The notes under the pieces are model-generated. The model was given only the letters and a program-made list of their open reading frames with translations, made no database searches and was not told the DNA's origin. Shown here piece by piece: positions 46,771 through 56,759 of a stretch of 64,000 nucleotides of DNA. Where the stretch lies: NCBI GenBank assembly GCA_963743115.1, contig CAVUOM010000004.1, positions 73,170 to 137,169 on the forward strand, written 5' to 3'. This stretch comes from an uncultured Acidobacteriaceae bacterium. Its GTDB lineage: Bacteria > Acidobacteriota > Terriglobia > Terriglobales > Acidobacteriaceae. The translations under genes were made by a program, and so were the position numbers. Each line of letters starts with the position of its first letter. Position 1 is the first letter of the stretch.

Positions 46771-47964
46771 ATGCTGCGCAAGAACCGTCTTTTTACTCCC
46801 GGGCCGACGCCGCTGCTGCCGGCGGCGCAAACGGCCATGGCTTCCTTTACAGCGCATCACCGCACCGCCGACTTCCGGGCGCTGTTCCAGCGTGTGCTTA
46901 CAGACATGAAGGACTTCATCGGCACGCAGAATGACGTGCTGGTTCTGGCTTGCTCAGGTACGGGCGTGATGGAGGCCTCGGTCTCGAACCTCACGTCTCC
47001 GGGAGACAAAGTTTTGGTGCTCACGGCTGGCAAGTTCGGCGAGCGCTGGACGGGATTGGCCAAGGCGTTTGGCTGCAAGGTTGACGTGTTGAGCGCGCCC
47101 TACGGCGAATCGTTTTCCTTGGATGAAATTCAAGCCAAGCTTACTTCCGATGTGCGCATAGTGTTTGTGCAGGCTACCGAGAGTTCGACCGGGGTGCGGC
47201 ATGATGTTGAAGGGATTGCGAAAATCGTGCGGGCTCAGGGTGAGGAAACTCTGCTGGTGGTAGATGCGATCACCGGCCTGGGCACGACCCATCTCGACGT
47301 GGATGGTTGGGGCGTGGACGTAATTATCGGTGGATCGCAGAAGGCGCTGATGATCCCTCCCGGCCTCGCGTATTGCGCGGTGAGCGAGCGGGTGTGGCGG
47401 CGGATGGAAACCACGACTTCTCCGCGGTTCTACTTCGACTTGCGCAAGGAGCGCAAGGCCGCGGCCAAAGGGGAATCAGCCTACACGCCGCCTACATCGT
47501 TATTTGCCGCGCTGGGGGCGGCCTTGGAGTTCATCCGCGGAATGGGGAACGGTGATCTGGCTAAGGGACGCGAAGCGCTGGTCGACAATGCCGAACTCTG
47601 CGCAGAGATGACTCGTGCCGGCGTTCAGGCAGTGGGGTTGAAGCTTTTCGCGACCTCACCCGCATCCGCGCTCACCGCGGTCCGCTCGCCCGACGGGATT
47701 GACTCCGGAAAGATCATCAAAGAATTCCGCGACTCATTCGATGCCGTGGTGGCGAATGGCCAGGGCGAGATGAAAGGCCAGCTCTTCCGCATCGCGCACA
47801 TCGGCTACTACGACTACCTGGATACGATTGGCATCCTGGGCGCGCTTGAGCACGTGCTGGCGCGTTGCACTGGAAGAACGGTCGAGTATGGAGCGGCGGT
47901 GCGCGCGGCCCAGCAAGCGTACGCGCACGGCCTCTCGGGTAGCCGTCAACCGGTCGGAGCCTAA
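46771..47964 (+). CDS. Class-V pyridoxal-phosphate aminotransferase (serine-pyruvate / phosphoserine aminotransferase-like)
   Basis: MLRKNRLFTPGPTPL...GGSQKALMIPPGLA (PLP Lys context). Lies near serA. Confidence 0.8.
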   Translation: MLRKNRLFTPGPTPLLPAAQTAMASFTAHHRTADFRALFQRVLTDMKDFIGTQNDVLVLACSGTGVMEASVSNLTSPGDKVLVLTAGKFGERWTGLAKAFGCKVDVLSAPYGESFSLDEIQAKLTSDVRIVFVQATESSTGVRHDVEGIAKIVRAQGEETLLVVDAITGLGTTHLDVDGWGVDVIIGGSQKALMIPPGLAYCAVSERVWRRMETTTSPRFYFDLRKERKAAAKGESAYTPPTSLFAALGAALEFIRGMGNGDLAKGREALVDNAELCAEMTRAGVQAVGLKLFATSPASALTAVRSPDGIDSGKIIKEFRDSFDAVVANGQGEMKGQLFRIAHIGYYDYLDTIGILGALEHVLARCTGRTVEYGAAVRAAQQAYAHGLSGSRQPVGA

Positions 47965-48009
47965 GGAGCGTGACGCGCGGGCTAAACCCACTAGACTTGT
48001 AGACGGCGA

Positions 48010-48405
48010 CTAGTTGATGGTGAAGGTCATTGGGGCCGAGGTTTCAGCCGAGGTCCCGCCACCGTACTGGCCGCCGGGGATGCCAGGATTGGTCACCGTT
48101 ACGGCTACTGTACCCGGAGTAGCCACATCCGTTGCTGGGATCATGGTCATTAACTGCGTGCCCGGGCTCACAACGGTGGTTGTCTCGGCCGTGCCGTTCC
48201 AATAGATGGTGGCGGTGCTGCTAAAGTCGGTGCCGTTGACCGTCAAAACGAAAGCCTGACTGCCGTGAGTGATGTTCGGAGGGGCGAGTTCGGTGATCGT
48301 GGGCATCGAGCCCGCCGTCGGCGGAGTGGTGGCCGGTTTGCTGTAACCGCATGCCATGCTTAGGGCGAGAAGCCCGGCTAGAAATACTGTTTTCGCAATC
48401 TTCAT
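48010..48405 (-). CDS. IPT/TIG-domain lipoprotein
   Basis: ATG 48405 with AGGAGA upstream. MKIAKTVFLAGLLALSMACG lipobox. ...ITELAPPNITHGSQAFVLTVNGTDF... Confidence 0.65.
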   Translation of the reverse strand: MKIAKTVFLAGLLALSMACGYSKPATTPPTAGSMPTITELAPPNITHGSQAFVLTVNGTDFSSTATIYWNGTAETTTVVSPGTQLMTMIPATDVATPGTVAVTVTNPGIPGGQYGGGTSAETSAPMTFTIN

Positions 48406-48566
48406 GACTGTTCTCCTGCGGGACAAGGGTCGATAGACAACGAACGATCGGTCCCGACTGAGAAAAAGTTTAGGAGACATGCGCCGCTGCGGTGTCAGAA
48501 GGGTGTCATTTCCGTGTCAACATTTTGTCCGAGCAAAAGTCTTAATTCAAAAGGATAAATTCTCTC

Positions 48567-50165
48567 TTGAAAATCGTCATCGCCGAGAAAATCTCAGCCG
48601 CTGCGGTCGAGCAACTGAAAGAGCCGGGCTGGACTGTCCTTACCGCGGACCAGCTTGACGGGAAGCTCTCTGACCATCTCGAGTCAGCCGACGCGTTGAT
48701 TGTGCGCTCCGCCGTGCAGGCGGATGCAGTCCTGCTCTCCTCTGCGAAGAAGCTGCGCGTTGTCGGCCGGGCAGGCGTAGGTGTCGATAACATCGATCTG
48801 GACGCGGCTACGCGGCAAGGCATCGCCGTGATGAACACGCCCGGGGCGAATGCCGTGGCCGTAGCCGAACAGACCCTCGGGATGATGCTCGCCATGGCGC
48901 GCCACCTCTGCCGCGCCGACGCGCTCATGCACGCCGGGCGATGGGAAAAGAAGTCTCTGCAAGGCACGGAGCTGCGGGGAAAAACTCTGGGGATCGCCGG
49001 GCTCGGCCGCATCGGCATGGAAGTCGCACGGCGGGCGCGTGTGTTTGGGATGGAGATTGTCGGGCATGATCCGTTTGTTTCCGTCAGCGTGGCGAAAGAG
49101 CAGGCCATCCGTTTGGTCAGCCTGGATGAACTTTATGCGGCAGCCGATTACATCACACTTCATGTTGGCCTCACGCAGCAGACTGCAGGCATGATCAACG
49201 AGGCCTCGCTCAAGAAAATGAAAAAGGGTGTCCGCCTGGTGAATTGCGCGCGCGGGGAGCTGGTGCAGGAGGCTGATCTGGTGCAAGCGCTGAAACAAGG
49301 CCACGTGGCCGCCGCGGCGCTCGACGTTTTCAACGAGGAGCCATTGAGAAGCTCGCCCTTCCAGACGATGGAGAATGTGATTCTCACGCCTCACATCGGC
49401 GGGCAGACGTACGAGGCGCAGGAGGCCGTGGGAGTGCAGATTGCGCAACAGGTGCGGGAATACCTGAAGCACGGCGTCATCCAGAACGCGGTGAACGTGC
49501 CCTCTGTGTCCGCGGAAGAGTACGCCGAGATGCAGCCTTACATCGTTCTCGCCGAACGCATGGGAGCATTCCTGGCGCAAATTTCCGAAGGCTCGATTGA
49601 AGAAATCTCGCTGCGCTACAGCGGACATATCGCGGAGTGGAAGACCGACCTCATTCGCAACGGCGCGATCAAGGGCATCCTCAACCAGGCGCTCGAGGAA
49701 AAAGCCAACCTGGTGAACGCCGCGTCCCTGGCCGGCCTTCGCGGGCTTCGCATTCATGAAGCGCATAAAGCGAAGGCCTCAACCGGCGGCGCAGGGAGCG
49801 TGCTCTCCGTCTTCCTGAAAAGCTCGACGGAAGAACACATGGTGAAGGGCGCCGTTCTGCACGGAACTGCGCCACGTCTCATCCACATTGATGGCATCGA
49901 CGTAGAGGCGCCGCTCGAGCGCAATCTCATCTACCTGCGCAATCGCGACGTGCCGGGCGTCATCGGCAAGGTGGGCACGATCCTCGGCGAAGGCGAGATC
50001 AACATCGCCGACTTCTCGCTGGGGCGGCGCAGCGCCGAGGCGTCGTCGGAGCCGCGTGAGGCCATCGCCGTGGTACACGTGGACGGACGCGTGCCGGACG
50101 ATGTGCTTAGAAAGCTGGAAAAAATTCCCGCCGTACGACAGGCCAAGTCGGTGCGGCTTTTCTGA
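48567..50165 (+). CDS. serA: D-3-phosphoglycerate dehydrogenase (long form with ASB/ACT domains)
   Basis: TTG start. MKIVIAEKIS..., NAD site GIAGLGRIGMEVA, catalytic ...NCARGELV...TPHIGG, C-terminal ACT domain. Confidence 0.93.
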   Translation: MKIVIAEKISAAAVEQLKEPGWTVLTADQLDGKLSDHLESADALIVRSAVQADAVLLSSAKKLRVVGRAGVGVDNIDLDAATRQGIAVMNTPGANAVAVAEQTLGMMLAMARHLCRADALMHAGRWEKKSLQGTELRGKTLGIAGLGRIGMEVARRARVFGMEIVGHDPFVSVSVAKEQAIRLVSLDELYAAADYITLHVGLTQQTAGMINEASLKKMKKGVRLVNCARGELVQEADLVQALKQGHVAAAALDVFNEEPLRSSPFQTMENVILTPHIGGQTYEAQEAVGVQIAQQVREYLKHGVIQNAVNVPSVSAEEYAEMQPYIVLAERMGAFLAQISEGSIEEISLRYSGHIAEWKTDLIRNGAIKGILNQALEEKANLVNAASLAGLRGLRIHEAHKAKASTGGAGSVLSVFLKSSTEEHMVKGAVLHGTAPRLIHIDGIDVEAPLERNLIYLRNRDVPGVIGKVGTILGEGEINIADFSLGRRSAEASSEPREAIAVVHVDGRVPDDVLRKLEKIPAVRQAKSVRLF

Positions 50166-50182
50166 GTCGGGATTCGCGACAC

Positions 50183-51307
50183 TCAGGAGTTCGCTTCGTC
50201 TCGCCGCAGCTTCTTGCTCTCCGCCAACAAGGCCATCGAGTGCATCAAATTCTGCAGCGTGACAATGCCCACCAGCCGCTGATCTTCGACCACCGGAATG
50301 ATGCTGAGATTGCGTGACGTGAGCTTGCGGAAGGCCGTAGCCAGCGACTCCTGCCGCACTGAGACTTCGAAGATTTTGTTCATCACAGCCTGCACGTAGC
50401 CGTTGCCTTCCATGCGCAGCGCCTCCAGAATGCGCTGCCGCGAAATCACTCCGACCATGTCGCTGCCGCGCACCACGGGGAAGTCATCCTGCAGGGAGTG
50501 CACTGCCTTCTCCAGCGCGTCTTCGAGCGTGTCCGCCGGCGAGAGAGTGGCGAAATCGGTAAGCATCACTTCTTCCAGACGCACATTGTCCAGCACCGAC
50601 TGGAAGATAACCGCGCGCTCCTCAAGTTGCGCAGCCGAAAAGATAATAATGCCCACCATGGTGAGCCAGGCATTGCTGAACAGACCTGCAACCATCAGAA
50701 CCATGGCGATGGCGTGGCTGATTGAGACCGCACGGCGTGTAGCAGCGGCAGGATCAATCGTGCGCGCGAAATAGGCCCGCAGAACCCGGCCTCCGTCGAG
50801 AGGATAAGCCGGCAGAAGATTCAAACCGGCGAGATATAGGTTGGCCCATACCAGGCTGCGCGGCAGGTTGCTCGGCTGCAAGAAAGGCCACTCCCAAAGC
50901 TTTGCTCCGGGAACAGTCGCGGAGATGACGCCGGCTGCCAGCACGGCGAACACAAGATTTACCAGTGGCCCAGTCAGTGCAATGCGAACGTCCCGCTGCC
51001 AGACCGCCGCACCGGACGGCTGAGGTTCCACGCGCGATTCGTCGAAAACGGTTACACCGCTGAGCGGCAAAAGAATGACTGCTTTTGGAATCAACCCCGC
51101 CCGCCGCGCCACGAGCATGTGCGCGATTTCGTGGGCCGCAACGCAGGCCAGCACGATTCCAACCAGGGCCAGGTCCCGCGGTCCGTTGGCTGAGCCGTGG
51201 CTGTTGTATTCCGTCCAGAAAACGAATAAAGGCAGAATCAAAAACGTCAGGTGAAGCCGGACCTCGACTCCGAACAGGCGTCCGACATGAATGGAGAAAC
51301 TTCGCAT
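50183..51307 (-). CDS. M50 site-2 protease family with tandem CBS domains
   Basis: ...LACVAAHEIAHMLVARR (HExxH), ...LLPAYPLDGGR, C-terminal CBS pair. Confidence 0.85.
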   Translation of the reverse strand: MRSFSIHVGRLFGVEVRLHLTFLILPLFVFWTEYNSHGSANGPRDLALVGIVLACVAAHEIAHMLVARRAGLIPKAVILLPLSGVTVFDESRVEPQPSGAAVWQRDVRIALTGPLVNLVFAVLAAGVISATVPGAKLWEWPFLQPSNLPRSLVWANLYLAGLNLLPAYPLDGGRVLRAYFARTIDPAAATRRAVSISHAIAMVLMVAGLFSNAWLTMVGIIIFSAAQLEERAVIFQSVLDNVRLEEVMLTDFATLSPADTLEDALEKAVHSLQDDFPVVRGSDMVGVISRQRILEALRMEGNGYVQAVMNKIFEVSVRQESLATAFRKLTSRNLSIIPVVEDQRLVGIVTLQNLMHSMALLAESKKLRRDEANS

Positions 51308-51386
51308 GAGGTCTAGCTACTACAAGTATTTTACATGGTCGGATATATTGGCTCCGGATGCGGCAACTAATCGAAGGTACAGAGCC

Positions 51387-51974
51387 GTGCGCGTGATCGC
51401 CGGAAAATACCGGGGGCGGCCTCTGCGGTCGTTGCGCGGTACGGATATCCGTCCCACGTCGGACCGCTTACGCGAAACTCTGTTCAATGTGCTTACTGCC
51501 GGCAATCCCCAGGCGCTCGAAGACAGTGTTTGGGTCGATCTGTTTGCCGGCACGGGCGCAGTGGGAATTGAAGCGATCAGCCGAGGCGCCAGGCAAGTTT
51601 ATTTCGTGGATACCTCGGCGGCCGCTGCAAAGCTAATTGAGCAAAACCTACAGAGCCTGGGAATCGCGTCCGGTTATAAAATCCTGCGTGATGATCTTTC
51701 CGGAATTCTCTGGCGCCTGCAGCGCCAGCATGTCGCTGCCGACGTAGTGTTCCTCGACCCACCGTATCGCATGCAGCATGCCTACGAGGAGACCCTTTCG
51801 GCGCTCGCCGATTCATCGGTGGTGTGGGCAATGTCGCTGGTTGTGGCGGAACATGAAAAGAAGTTTGATCCCGGCGATGAATTTGGATCGCTGCGGCGAA
51901 CCCGCAAGCTGGTGCAAGGAAATGCCGCTCTCAGCTTTTATCGCATCGGCGGGCGTCCGGACTTGAGTGTTTGA
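51387..51974 (+). CDS. rsmD: 16S rRNA (guanine966-N2)-methyltransferase RsmD
   Basis: GTG 51387 (VRVIAGKYRGRPL...RPTSDRLRETLFN...DLFAGTGAVGIEAISRGA...FLDPPY). The ORF track starts earlier (51291); start uncertain. Confidence 0.85.
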   Translation: MRVIAGKYRGRPLRSLRGTDIRPTSDRLRETLFNVLTAGNPQALEDSVWVDLFAGTGAVGIEAISRGARQVYFVDTSAAAAKLIEQNLQSLGIASGYKILRDDLSGILWRLQRQHVAADVVFLDPPYRMQHAYEETLSALADSSVVWAMSLVVAEHEKKFDPGDEFGSLRRTRKLVQGNAALSFYRIGGRPDLSV

Positions 51975-52022
51975 GCGTGATGCCCCGGTCGGAGCTGGCT
52001 GGACGTCACTAGCTGGGCGACA

Positions 52023-52619
52023 CTACATGATCAGATCGCTGCTGGTGCGCACAATGGGGTGCTGCATCTCCTGCAGGTCGTTCTTCACCATGTTGAGGCC
52101 GTAAACGCAGCCCTCGAACTCGCGCGAAAGATGGGCGAACAACGGCGCGACCTTGGCGTATTCGAAGTGCTCGAACTTCGAGACGATGTAGTAGCTTTCT
52201 TTTCCCGCCTTCATCCACTCCACAAAATTCTCCAGGCGATGGCGGCGCAGCCGGAAGTGATTGATGCTCTCGGGAAACATTCCGGTGAAGAACAACGCAT
52301 AATCTCCAATGTGCTTGCGTACCTGGCGTTCCCGGTCAAACGAGGGCGCGGGGCCGTAGACCGGATCGGCCTCGAGCAGCATTTCGCCCAGGTCGGTCAC
52401 CGGACGGTCGGCGATGTCATGAATCTTGAACAACTGATCAGTCTCGCAGAACTCCGTCAGCAGATGCGAGACGTAGGCAACGACTTGTGGGTCCCGAATA
52501 CCGATCTCCTGGGCATAGTGGCGTCCCACCAATTCCTGGAAAAGCTGCCGCAGCGGATGAGATTCCGGAATCACGCCTCTTCGGGCTCCCTGAAAGCCGC
52601 GTTGCTTACGGCCTTCCAA
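52023..52619 (-). CDS. Conserved-looking hypothetical protein
   Basis: 198-aa ORF with balanced composition (…HIGDYALFFTGMFPESINHFRLRRHRLENFVEWMKAGKESYYIVSKFE…). No family recognised. Confidence 0.5.
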   Translation of the reverse strand: MEGRKQRGFQGARRGVIPESHPLRQLFQELVGRHYAQEIGIRDPQVVAYVSHLLTEFCETDQLFKIHDIADRPVTDLGEMLLEADPVYGPAPSFDRERQVRKHIGDYALFFTGMFPESINHFRLRRHRLENFVEWMKAGKESYYIVSKFEHFEYAKVAPLFAHLSREFEGCVYGLNMVKNDLQEMQHPIVRTSSDLIM

Positions 52620-52821
52620 TGTTCGTTAGTAACTAGTTATCCCAGTCTCGAAACAAACGCAAGTGACTTTTGTTTATCCCTCCTATCGTTTTTCGTAATC
52701 ATTAGAAGCGTGCCGATCGTTGCCAGGTTGCGCGGGTGTTTTGTTGGCAGACGCACGCGTCGGCTGCTAAACACAAACAGGTTGGTTCGCTAATAGAATC
52801 GCGTGTAGGAGGGAATCGCAA

Positions 52822-53214
52822 ATGGAAAGACTGAACATCTCCAGTGGCACACCTTGGGAACCCGTTGTGGGTTACTCGCGTGCAGTGAAGGTTGGATCGT
52901 ACATCCATGTGTCGGGAACCACCGCGACCGGACCGGACGGCAAGATTGTGGGCGCGGGAGATGTCTACGCCCAGGCGGTGCAGACCTTGAAGAATATCGA
53001 AAGCGCACTGCACAAGGCCGGCGCGAACATGAAAGACGTGGTCCGCACGCGCATGTATGTGATCAACATCGTAGAGTGGGAGAAAATCGGCAAGGCGCAT
53101 GGAGAGTTCTTTCGCGATATCCGTCCCGCAACTTCCATGGTGCAGGTGAGCGCTTTCATCTCGCCCGAAATGCTGGTCGAAATCGAAGCCGATGCCTATG
53201 TCGCAGGGAAGTGA
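52822..53214 (+). CDS. RidA/YjgF-family protein
   Basis: ...[18 protein letters not shown]...VRTRMYV...[12 protein letters not shown]...VEIEADA. Confidence 0.85.
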   Translation: MERLNISSGTPWEPVVGYSRAVKVGSYIHVSGTTATGPDGKIVGAGDVYAQAVQTLKNIESALHKAGANMKDVVRTRMYVINIVEWEKIGKAHGEFFRDIRPATSMVQVSAFISPEMLVEIEADAYVAGK

Positions 53215-53265
53215 GAGTAGAATTCCACCATTCCAAAGCCTGTGCGGCAACCGGGAGATGCCAGA

Positions 53266-54591
53266 GTGAAGAACAACGTGAAGAACTATGCGTGGATACT
53301 GCTTTTCGCGGCTGTGATTCCTGCGGCAGCGCAACAGAAAGACAAGGCTCCGTCCGAGTCCTGGACGGTCATTCGTGCCGGGTCTCTAATCGATGGCAAG
53401 TCCGCCGCGGCGCGCCGCGACCAGGTGATTGTCATTCACGGCAATCGCATCGAGAGTGTTGGCGACGCGGCAACCGCCAAGACTCCCGCCGGCGCTGCCG
53501 TAATCGACTTGTCGAAAGCCACGCTGCTGCCCGGCCTCATCGATTCCCACACCCACATCTTTTTGCAGGGAGAGGATCCAGCGCAGGGAGGATACGACGC
53601 CAACATCCTGAACGCACCGCTCGCCCTGCGTGCGGCGCGGGCTACGGTTTCTGCGCGGCGGGCGCTGGAGCAGGGCTTCACGACTCTCCGCGATGTTGAA
53701 ACCGAAGGCGCAGGTTATGGCGATGTCGGCATTAAAGAGGCGATCGAGCAGGGCTATATTCCAGGGCCGCGCTTATTTGTCGCGACCCGCGCCATCTCGA
53801 CCACCGGTGGCTATCCGCTCGAGGGCTACGCTCCAGAACTCGACATGCCCAAGGGCGTGCAGATTGTCGACGGCCCGGTCGAAGCCCGGAAGGCGGCGCG
53901 GGAACAACTCGATCATGGCGCCGACTGGATCAAGGTTTACATGACACATCGTTCGTGGGTGGGCAAGAACGGCGAACTGGTCTCCCAGCCCACGCTGACG
54001 CTCGAAGAGTTGCGGGCGGTGGTGGACGAAACTCACGGCTGGGGTAAGAAAGTCGCCTGTCACGTGTATGGAGGCATCGGCTTGCGCCGGGCGCTCGACG
54101 GTGGATGCGACTCGATCGAACATGGCCTCGATCTCGATGACGCCGCGATTGCCCAGATGCTGAAACAAGGCACCTGGTACGTACCGACGATCAGCGTCTA
54201 TTACGGCGACTGGGCTCCGGCCGACACGCAAGCCGGGCAGCGCGACCGGCTGCGCGCCTCCGTCCACGAGCAGTCGTTCAAGAAGGCGCTGAAGGCCGGG
54301 GTGAAAATTGTTTTCGGCACCGACATGGGCGGAATCCCCTGGACCGAGCCCATCGCGCAGGAGTTCCCGCGCATGGTGGAGCTGGGTATGCAGCCGATGG
54401 ACGCCATCCAGAGCGCAACCTCACGTGCCGCCGTTATGCTCGATATGGAAGGCAAGATCGGCGTGATTGCGCCGGGAGCTTTTGCTGACATTATTGCGGT
54501 GAACGGTGATCCTCTGTCCGACATCAAAGTGCTGGAAAACGTGCAGTTCGTCATGAAGGATGGCAAGGTATTCAAGAGCGAGAAACCGTGA
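53266..54591 (+). CDS. Secreted amidohydrolase-family metallo-hydrolase
   Basis: GTG 53266 with GGGAGA upstream (the ORF track starts at 53242). ...TLLPGLIDSHTHIFL..., ...VACHVYG..., ...SIEHG..., ...FGTDMG. Confidence 0.8.
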   Translation: MKNNVKNYAWILLFAAVIPAAAQQKDKAPSESWTVIRAGSLIDGKSAAARRDQVIVIHGNRIESVGDAATAKTPAGAAVIDLSKATLLPGLIDSHTHIFLQGEDPAQGGYDANILNAPLALRAARATVSARRALEQGFTTLRDVETEGAGYGDVGIKEAIEQGYIPGPRLFVATRAISTTGGYPLEGYAPELDMPKGVQIVDGPVEARKAAREQLDHGADWIKVYMTHRSWVGKNGELVSQPTLTLEELRAVVDETHGWGKKVACHVYGGIGLRRALDGGCDSIEHGLDLDDAAIAQMLKQGTWYVPTISVYYGDWAPADTQAGQRDRLRASVHEQSFKKALKAGVKIVFGTDMGGIPWTEPIAQEFPRMVELGMQPMDAIQSATSRAAVMLDMEGKIGVIAPGAFADIIAVNGDPLSDIKVLENVQFVMKDGKVFKSEKP

Positions 54592-54654
54592 AGGGGTGCA
54601 AATTCCTTTTCTTGCTCCGGTGAATTAAAGATTGCTCACATCGTTTCAATTCAC

Positions 54655-54683
54655 TTGACAATGGCATCGCGGCGAGCATAATT
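54655..54683 (+). promoter_or_regulatory. Near-consensus sigma70 promoter for the CBS gene
   Basis: TTGACA (54655-54660), 16-nt spacer, CATAAT (54677-54682). Confidence 0.6.
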
Positions 54684-54754
54684 CATCAATCCGGTCCCTG
54701 CCTTGGATCGGCATTTGGCTCAGAGAAGTCTGTGCAGAGCCGGAGGAGGTGTTT

Positions 54755-55192
54755 ATGAGCGTGCTGGAACTTTGTGACCGGGAAATCGCGGCTGTGCCGC
54801 TCGATGCCACCGTAGCCGACGCCATCAACAAAATGCTCGACCACCATGTAGGAGCCGTCGCCGTGGTCGATTCCGAATACCGGGTCGCAGGAATCTTCAC
54901 CGAGCGCGACGTCCTGCGCAAGATGGCGCTCACCCGCACCGACCCGCAGACCACCTCGGTCCGCGAACTGATGACCACGCCAGTAGAAATGGCGACGCGC
55001 CGCACCGGCGCGGGCGAGGCTCTCACCACCATGCTGGAACGCCACTTCCGTCACCTCCCGGTAGCCGACGACAACGGCAAGCTGCTCGGGATTCTCTCCA
55101 TCCGCAACCTGCTGGAGTGGCGCGTCGATGACCTCAGCCGTGAACTCGAGTCGCTCGAACAATATGTCTCTAATGACGGGCCGGGAGGCTAG
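54755..55192 (+). CDS. CBS-pair domain protein
   Basis: ATG 54755 preceded by GGAGGAGG. ...HHVGAVAVVDSEYRVAGIFTERDVLR...HFRHLPVADDNGKLLGILSIRNLL. Confidence 0.85.
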   Translation: MSVLELCDREIAAVPLDATVADAINKMLDHHVGAVAVVDSEYRVAGIFTERDVLRKMALTRTDPQTTSVRELMTTPVEMATRRTGAGEALTTMLERHFRHLPVADDNGKLLGILSIRNLLEWRVDDLSRELESLEQYVSNDGPGG

Positions 55193-55223
55193 CGCGAGCT
55201 TTCGCTGCGTCTGACGTTCATGT

Positions 55224-55289
55224 GGGACGGCCGCCCCTTCGGCTTCGCTCAGGGCAGGCCCTCGGCTGTCCGGTCGAGCGAAACTCGAC
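55224..55289. repeat. Family-B intergenic repeat
   Basis: GGGACGGCCGCCCCTTCGGCTTCGCTCAGGGCAGGCCCTCGGCTGTCCGGTCGAGCGAAACTCGAC. Confidence 0.8.
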
Positions 55290-55368
55290 TAATCCCTTCG
55301 CCAAGGTTCCCTTTCGCCGTTCTGAGGATTTCTGTACAATTCAACCGCTTAAATACAGGAGAAACTCT

Positions 55369-56667
55369 GTGCAGAACTTTAAAAGTCCCCGGATGTTTTT
55401 CGTCGCGCTGCTCGCGTTAGCCGTCCCACTTGTCGCTCAGCAAGGTTCTAAGCCCGTTGTTATCCACGCGGGGCACGTGCTCGACGTGAAGACTGGCAAG
55501 CTGCTTTCCGATCAGACGGTCGTTATCGAGGATGGGAAGATCGTGAGCGTCGCAGGCTCCGCGGAAACCAAGGGTCCCGCCGATGCTCTGCGCATCGAAC
55601 TGCCTAACGCAACCCTCCTCCCGGGATTGATCGACGCCCATACGCATCTCACGATGGATCCCAAGTTCGGCTATGAGGAACTCGGCGTTTCCATACCGCG
55701 TCAAACTTTGACTGGCGCCAAGAACGCCCGGGTTACACTCGAAGCCGGATTCACCACAGTCCGCAACGTGGGCGCGTCCGGATACACCGATGTCGCCTTG
55801 CGCGACGCCATCAATGCCGGCGACGTGCCCGGGCCAAGAATGCTGGTGAGCGGCCCGCCGCTCAGCATCACGGGAGGACATGCGGACAACAATCTGCTGC
55901 CGTTCGAATATCACGCGACCTCCGACGGCGTGGCCGACGGTGTCGACGGCGTCCGTCACATGGTCCGGCAGAACATCAAGTATGGCGCAGACTTGATCAA
56001 ATTCATGGCGTCGGGTGGGGTGCTCTCGAAGGGAGACAACCCGCAAGCCTCGCAGTACACACTGGAAGAAATGAAGGCCATTGTATCCGAGGCCCATCGC
56101 CTGGGTCGTAAAGTTGCCGCCCATGCCCACGGAGCCCAGGCCATTCTTTGGGCGTCCGAGGCGGGAGTGGATTCCATCGAGCACGGCTCCTACATTGATG
56201 ACGCGGACATCGCGGAGATGAAAAAGAATGGCACCTATCTTGTGCCCACGCTTTATCTGGGCGATTGGTTCATGGAGAATGCCGAAAGAAACCACGTCCC
56301 CGATTTTCTGCTCGTCAAAGCGAAGGCGGTCATGCCGGCTGCGCGCAAAAACATCGCACACGCTTTTGCCAGCGGCGTGAAGGTGGCGTTCGGCACCGAT
56401 GCCGCCGTTTATCCTCACGGACTGAACGCCCATGAGTTCGCCGTGATGGTCAAGCTGGGGTTGACGCCGCTGCAGGCGATTCAGGCGGCCACGATCAACG
56501 CCGCTGATCTACTGGGATGGCCAGGGAAAGTCGGAAGCCTCGATCCAGGCGCGTGGGCCGATATCGTCGCGGTCGATGGCGATCCGCTGAAGGACGTGAC
56601 CATTCTTGAGCACGTGAAATTTGTCATGAAGGGCGGCGAGGTCGTGCGCAACGAATACGCGAAGTGA
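55369..56667 (+). CDS. Secreted amidohydrolase-family metallo-hydrolase, paralog of 53266..54591
   Basis: GTG 55369 with AGGAGA upstream (ATG 55393 is an alternative). ...TLLPGLIDAHTHLTM..., ...VAAHAHG..., ...SIEHGS..., ...FGTDAA. Confidence 0.8.
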   Translation: MQNFKSPRMFFVALLALAVPLVAQQGSKPVVIHAGHVLDVKTGKLLSDQTVVIEDGKIVSVAGSAETKGPADALRIELPNATLLPGLIDAHTHLTMDPKFGYEELGVSIPRQTLTGAKNARVTLEAGFTTVRNVGASGYTDVALRDAINAGDVPGPRMLVSGPPLSITGGHADNNLLPFEYHATSDGVADGVDGVRHMVRQNIKYGADLIKFMASGGVLSKGDNPQASQYTLEEMKAIVSEAHRLGRKVAAHAHGAQAILWASEAGVDSIEHGSYIDDADIAEMKKNGTYLVPTLYLGDWFMENAERNHVPDFLLVKAKAVMPAARKNIAHAFASGVKVAFGTDAAVYPHGLNAHEFAVMVKLGLTPLQAIQAATINAADLLGWPGKVGSLDPGAWADIVAVDGDPLKDVTILEHVKFVMKGGEVVRNEYAK

Positions 56668-56759
56668 CTGAGGCGCCGCCGAAATCGCTCGGGAAGGGCA
56701 TGGCTTCAGCCGTGCCGCCCAGGGTAGATAGAGAGATGCGGCTTTAGCCGCTGAGGGAG

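Noticed and set aside
48684-49766. 360-aa minus-strand ORF
   Set aside because: It is antisense to serA and has shadow-ORF composition.
52854-53699. 281-aa plus-strand ORF spanning RidA and the first amidohydrolase
   Set aside because: It is an Arg/Cys/Gly-rich out-of-frame read-through of two well-supported genes.
55417-56433. 338-aa minus-strand ORF
   Set aside because: It is antisense to the second amidohydrolase and is a shadow ORF.
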